A stretch of 19,740 bases of DNA. It comes from Promethearchaeota archaeon (GTDB lineage Archaea; Asgardarchaeota; Lokiarchaeia; Sigyniarchaeales; SOKP01). Within the stretch, counting starts at the first letter, position 1; each line of letters starts with the position of its first letter. Shown piece after piece: positions 16,824 through 19,740 of this stretch. Below the pieces are notes generated by a model. That model did no database searches. It was not told the DNA's origin and saw only the letters and a list, made by a program, of their open reading frames with translations. Both the position numbers and the translations under genes were made by a program. Where the stretch lies: NCBI GenBank assembly GCA_048938855.1, contig JBHLLT010000040.1, positions 1 through 19,740 on the forward strand. The letters are read 5' to 3'.

Positions 16824-17246
16824 ATGAGTCCTAGGCCTGGACCGATGCGTCGTGGTATGATTCGCCGACCAATTCGCCCCCCTATACGACGCAATATATG
16901 GAGAGCTCGTAGAGTTCTATGGCGCACCACAAGACGTCTGATCTTGGGATCCTCGGTATTATTGATGATAGGTGGTAGTTATGCTGTTTACAAAATAGCT
17001 CAACATGATATTGAAAGAATTGAGCATGAAACGGGGAAGTCTGCTGAAGATATGACGGAAGAAGAATTAAAAACTGTGATGAGAAATTTAAACATCCGAA
17101 AAATGGAACTTACTCCTGACGATGCAATCCACATTGAAAGAGTCGCAAATGAAACAGCAGTAGAAACAAAAACGTTTTGTGTGTATTGTGGTGTTCAATT
17201 AAATGCAAATGCTAAATTTTGCCCCAATTGCGGACAAAAAGTCTAA
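16824..17246 (+). CDS. Arg-rich N-terminus / single hydrophobic helix / C-terminal zinc-ribbon protein
   Basis: SD-like AAGGTGAT just upstream; C-terminal FCVYCG-x(8)-FCPNCG zinc ribbon; T-rich tract after the stop. Confidence 0.75.
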   Translation: MSPRPGPMRRGMIRRPIRPPIRRNIWRARRVLWRTTRRLILGSSVLLMIGGSYAVYKIAQHDIERIEHETGKSAEDMTEEELKTVMRNLNIRKMELTPDDAIHIERVANETAVETKTFCVYCGVQLNANAKFCPNCGQKV

Positions 17247-17262
17247 TTTTTTTATTTTTTTT
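17247..17262 (+). terminator. Oligo-T archaeal terminator
   Basis: TTTTTTTATTTTTTTT immediately after the stop codon of 16824-17246. Confidence 0.55.
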
Positions 17263-17306
17263 AATACTGGTTTTCTTAAGTTATATTTTTAATCCTAAAA
17301 TAAGAA

Positions 17307-17423
17307 TGCCGGTGGAGGGATTCGAGCCCTCGACCTCCAGATTATGAGTCCAGCACATTCAGTCTGACCCAAATTTCAGAATGTATGCGTGTCTGGCGCT
17401 ATAACCAGCTAAGCCACACCGGC
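17307..17423 (-). tRNA. tRNA-Met(CAU), elongator type, with a 43-nt intron (17348-17390) at position 32/33
   Basis: Acceptor stem GCCGGTG/CACCGGC + A73; D-arm GCTTAGCTGGTTATAGC; anticodon stem CCAGA/TCTGG; spliced loop C-T-CAT-A-A; T-arm GAGGG-CTCGAAT-CCCTC; no CCA. G1:C72 and the absence of a GGG/CCC anticodon stem argue against initiator. Ile2 is not fully excluded. Confidence 0.9.
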
Positions 17424-17439
17424 GCTTTTATTCAAATAG

Positions 17440-17537
17440 AGCCCCAAGGGGGCTATGATCCCCCGACCTTTGCCTTTTTGTGTTAAATTACAAAATTTAA
17501 TACCAAGGCAACGCTCTACCAGCTGAGCTATTGAGGC
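17440..17537 (-). tRNA. tRNA-Thr(GGU) with a 25-nt intron (17476-17500) at 37/38
   Basis: Acceptor stem GCCTCAA/TTGGGGC + U73; D-arm GCTCAGCTGGTAGAGC; anticodon stem TTGCC/GGCAA; loop T-T-GGT-A|A; T-arm GGGGG-ATCATAG-CCCCC. A 16-nt spacer separates it from tRNA-Met, so they are probably dicistronic. Confidence 0.9.
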
Positions 17538-17638
17538 ACCATTTGGCGAAACCTATGATACTATCATGTAATTATTGTTAAATTAAAAATTTTTTTACTG
17601 AAAAAGATTAAAAAAAAAAGAGAAATTGATTTGTATTT

Positions 17639-18322
17639 CTATATTAGAGCAGTAAATAATGCCCCCATTGTAATAAAGAGCTGAGCCGTTACATATGTTG
17701 ACATTATAACTAATCTTGCGTTTGTAAACTCACCAGCCCATTTATTTACAGCAATCATTGAATCAGAATAAATAAACGAGATAGAACCGACATAGATAAA
17801 AATAAATGGTAATCCAGTCAGCCCAAATTCTGCGAACCGTAATATAGCTGCAATGTGCATTAATAAAATTGCTCCCATATATACCACAACTGGAATTTTC
17901 ATATCTTCAGTTTTATTAATAAATCTTGGTACAGTAAATATTAGAATTAAGATAGTTGGTCCAAGTAAGAACAATCCCCATAAATTAAAAGCTCCATAAT
18001 TAGTGATAGACAAGAAAAATGATATAATATAGAAGATTTGGTTAACCAAGAAGGCAACCATCCCAAACAAAAACCATTTTTCTTCATTCTTAAGCATTAA
18101 GAAAATATCACCAGCACATCCACCTATCAAAGCAACAACAATTAACCAATCAACTCTAGCTATTGAAGCACCCTCAAGTACTCCAAAAATATAGAATAAA
18201 ATCAGCAACGGCATTAACAGTGGTTTTGTACAATATTCAAGTTTTTTGTTGTCTTTATATTGTGCGAATATTTCTATAAGGACAATTATAAAAAAAATAA
18301 TTAAAAAAATGTACTCAATCAT
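17639..18322 (-). CDS. YhhN family (lysoplasmalogenase/TMEM86-like) membrane protein
   Basis: About 8 hydrophobic segments; motifs TKPLLMP, GDIFL, FLFGMVAF, IPVVVY, FIYSDSMIA and VIMSTYVTAQLFI. Confidence 0.9.
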   Translation of the reverse strand: MIEYIFLIIFFIIVLIEIFAQYKDNKKLEYCTKPLLMPLLILFYIFGVLEGASIARVDWLIVVALIGGCAGDIFLMLKNEEKWFLFGMVAFLVNQIFYIISFFLSITNYGAFNLWGLFLLGPTILILIFTVPRFINKTEDMKIPVVVYMGAILLMHIAAILRFAEFGLTGLPFIFIYVGSISFIYSDSMIAVNKWAGEFTNARLVIMSTYVTAQLFITMGALFTALI

Positions 18323-18455
18323 CGTTTTTCACTAAAGAGGTGTTAAATTTAATGATATTCTATTAATTAAGACAAATTTATATAATTTTAGAATTAATAA
18401 TTACAGATTTGTCATTCATTGATAGTCAAGAAGGAGAGTGTTTTAATACAAAAGA

Positions 18456-18463
18456 TTTATATA
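18456..18463 (+). promoter_or_regulatory. TATA box with BRE-like upstream purines for the flavin reductase gene
   Basis: CAAAAGA-TTTATATA upstream of the gene. Confidence 0.55.
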
Positions 18464-18566
18464 TAAAAAAACAATATTGTTCTATATCGAACTATTCGAA
18501 TACGAACAAAAATAAAAAATGTGATAAAAAATAAAAAAAATAAAAACAGGATGGAACTTCCCGATA

Positions 18567-19100
18567 ATGCCTATGCCAATATGTTTATTAGGAGCTCATG
18601 TGAATGGTAAACCAAATTTCAAGACAGTGGTATGGTTTACCATGATCCATGATGATCCTCCCTTAATGGGTATTGCAGTGTCAAAAAGACATTATACTAC
18701 TCCTGGTATTAAGGAAAACAAAACATTTAGCATTAATATTCCGACTAGTGAAATGTATGTTGTCACAGATTATTGCGGTCTTCACTCCGGCTCTGAAGTG
18801 GATAAGGCTAAGGAGTTTGAAATATTCTATGGAGATTTAAAAACAGCTCCAATGATAAAAGAGTGTAGTATAAACATCGAATGTAAACTTGTAGATATTA
18901 AAGAGCTCAAGAAAACCGAATTTCTTATAGGAGAAATTGTTGAAATTTACTCAGATGAGAAATTTATCAAAGATAACGATCCAGATGTTTCTGACTTTGA
19001 TTCATTTATTTTTATGATGCCACAAGGCCCATACAGGACTATTGGAAATTATTTAGCTGAGGCATATGAAGTAGGGACAAGTTATAAACCTAAAAAATAA
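18567..19100 (+). CDS. Flavin reductase-like / flavoredoxin family FMN-binding split-barrel protein (true start possibly ATA at 18531)
   Basis: Motifs PMPICLLGA..NGKPNF, HYTTPGIKENKTFSINIP, TDYCGLHSG..VDK, APMIKEC..NIEC and FLIGEIV. Confidence 0.9.
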   Translation: MPMPICLLGAHVNGKPNFKTVVWFTMIHDDPPLMGIAVSKRHYTTPGIKENKTFSINIPTSEMYVVTDYCGLHSGSEVDKAKEFEIFYGDLKTAPMIKECSINIECKLVDIKELKKTEFLIGEIVEIYSDEKFIKDNDPDVSDFDSFIFMMPQGPYRTIGNYLAEAYEVGTSYKPKK

Positions 19101-19102
19101 GA

Positions 19103-19113
19103 TTTTTTTTTTT
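19103..19113 (+). terminator. Oligo-T terminator
   Basis: Run of 11 T two bases after the stop codon. Confidence 0.5.
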
Positions 19114-19154
19114 AAAAAAATTAAAGTAAAAATAAATAAAACGATGAACTTACT

Positions 19155-19493
19155 ATGGAAAAAATTATAGCTTATTGCGGAATTAGTTGTTCAGAATGTC
19201 CTGCATATTTGGCTACACAAAAGGATGACTATGAAGAACTTAAAAAAGTTGCAGAAGAATGGTCAAGTGAAGAAATGTCATTTAAACCTGAAGATCTTTA
19301 TTGTGATGGTTGTACTTCCAATGGAAAGCATGTTGCCTGGAATAGTGAGTGTCCAATCAGGAATTGTTGTAGGGCAAAAGGGTTAGAAAATTGCGCTTAC
19401 TGTAATAATTACTTCTGTGATAATTTAAAGATGACTTTCGATAAGTCTCCGTCGGCAAAGGAGAGATTAGATGAAATTAGGAAAACAATATAA
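19155..19493 (+). CDS. DUF3795 family Cys-rich protein
   Basis: IAYCGISCSECPAY...CDGC...CPIRNCC...NCAYC..YFC pattern. Confidence 0.85.
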   Translation: MEKIIAYCGISCSECPAYLATQKDDYEELKKVAEEWSSEEMSFKPEDLYCDGCTSNGKHVAWNSECPIRNCCRAKGLENCAYCNNYFCDNLKMTFDKSPSAKERLDEIRKTI

Positions 19494-19522
19494 ATAGAAT
19501 ATCAAAATTAAAGGTAAAAAAA

Positions 19523-19740
19523 ATGGAAAAAGAAGAGGTAAAAAAAATAAGTTTGGAATTAATGAAAACCTCTAAAGCTGCCTATTTAACCACAATTGAT
19601 TCTGAAGGATATCCCATTACAAGAGCTATGTTTAATTTGAGAAATGAAAATCAATTTCCTGAGTTTTCAGATTTCTTCAATGGATTAAACAATGAATTTG
19701 AAATATATATCTCAACAAATACATCATCTTCTAAAACTGA
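19523..19740 (+). CDS. Pyridoxamine 5'-phosphate oxidase family (general stress protein 26-like) FMN-binding protein; truncated by the window end
   Basis: Manual translation MEKEEVKKISLELMKTSKAAYLTTIDSEGYPITRAMFNLR...IYISTNTSSSKT; the LTTID..GYP.TR.M and ST..SS.K motifs are typical of the family. Confidence 0.8.
   Translation, partial: MEKEEVKKISLELMKTSKAAYLTTIDSEGYPITRAMFNLRNENQFPEFSDFFNGLNNEFEIYISTNTSSSKT

Noticed and set aside
17348-17390. tRNA-Met intron as a box C/D guide RNA (two CTGA motifs)
   Set aside because: There is no box C (RUGAUGA) and the intron is too short for a bipartite guide.
17307-17537. tRNAs as the attachment site of an integrated element
   Set aside because: No duplicated tRNA 3' end and no integrase seen in the window.

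Overview
AT-rich archaeal chromosomal window, most consistent with an Asgard archaeon (Lokiarchaeia-like). This is inferred from a gelsolin-domain gene, intron-containing tRNAs with BHB motifs and no encoded CCA, TATA-type promoters and T-tract terminators. Gene order: partial gelsolin-domain protein (not in the ORF track); fused NAD(P)HX epimerase/dehydratase; DUF169 protein; M29 aminopeptidase; 2344-aa multi-Ig/FN3-like surface protein with a 7 x 303-bp tandem array; COG1340-like coiled-coil protein; Cys-rich exported protein; 677-aa HhH protein; 2-TM winged-helix-like protein; Arg-rich zinc-ribbon protein; tRNA-Thr(GGU) and tRNA-Met(CAU), both intron-split with non-canonical T-loops; YhhN; flavin reductase-like protein; DUF3795 protein; partial PNPOx-family gene. 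The best candidate for a new system is 14084-16655. By eye, the 677-aa protein reads as HhH domains + Bro1/ALIX-like domain + steadiness-box/CdvA-like hairpin, and a membrane-anchored tandem winged-helix-like gene follows 13 bp later. This could be a DNA-to-membrane ESCRT-recruiting module. All family calls are from motif recognition, not database searches.
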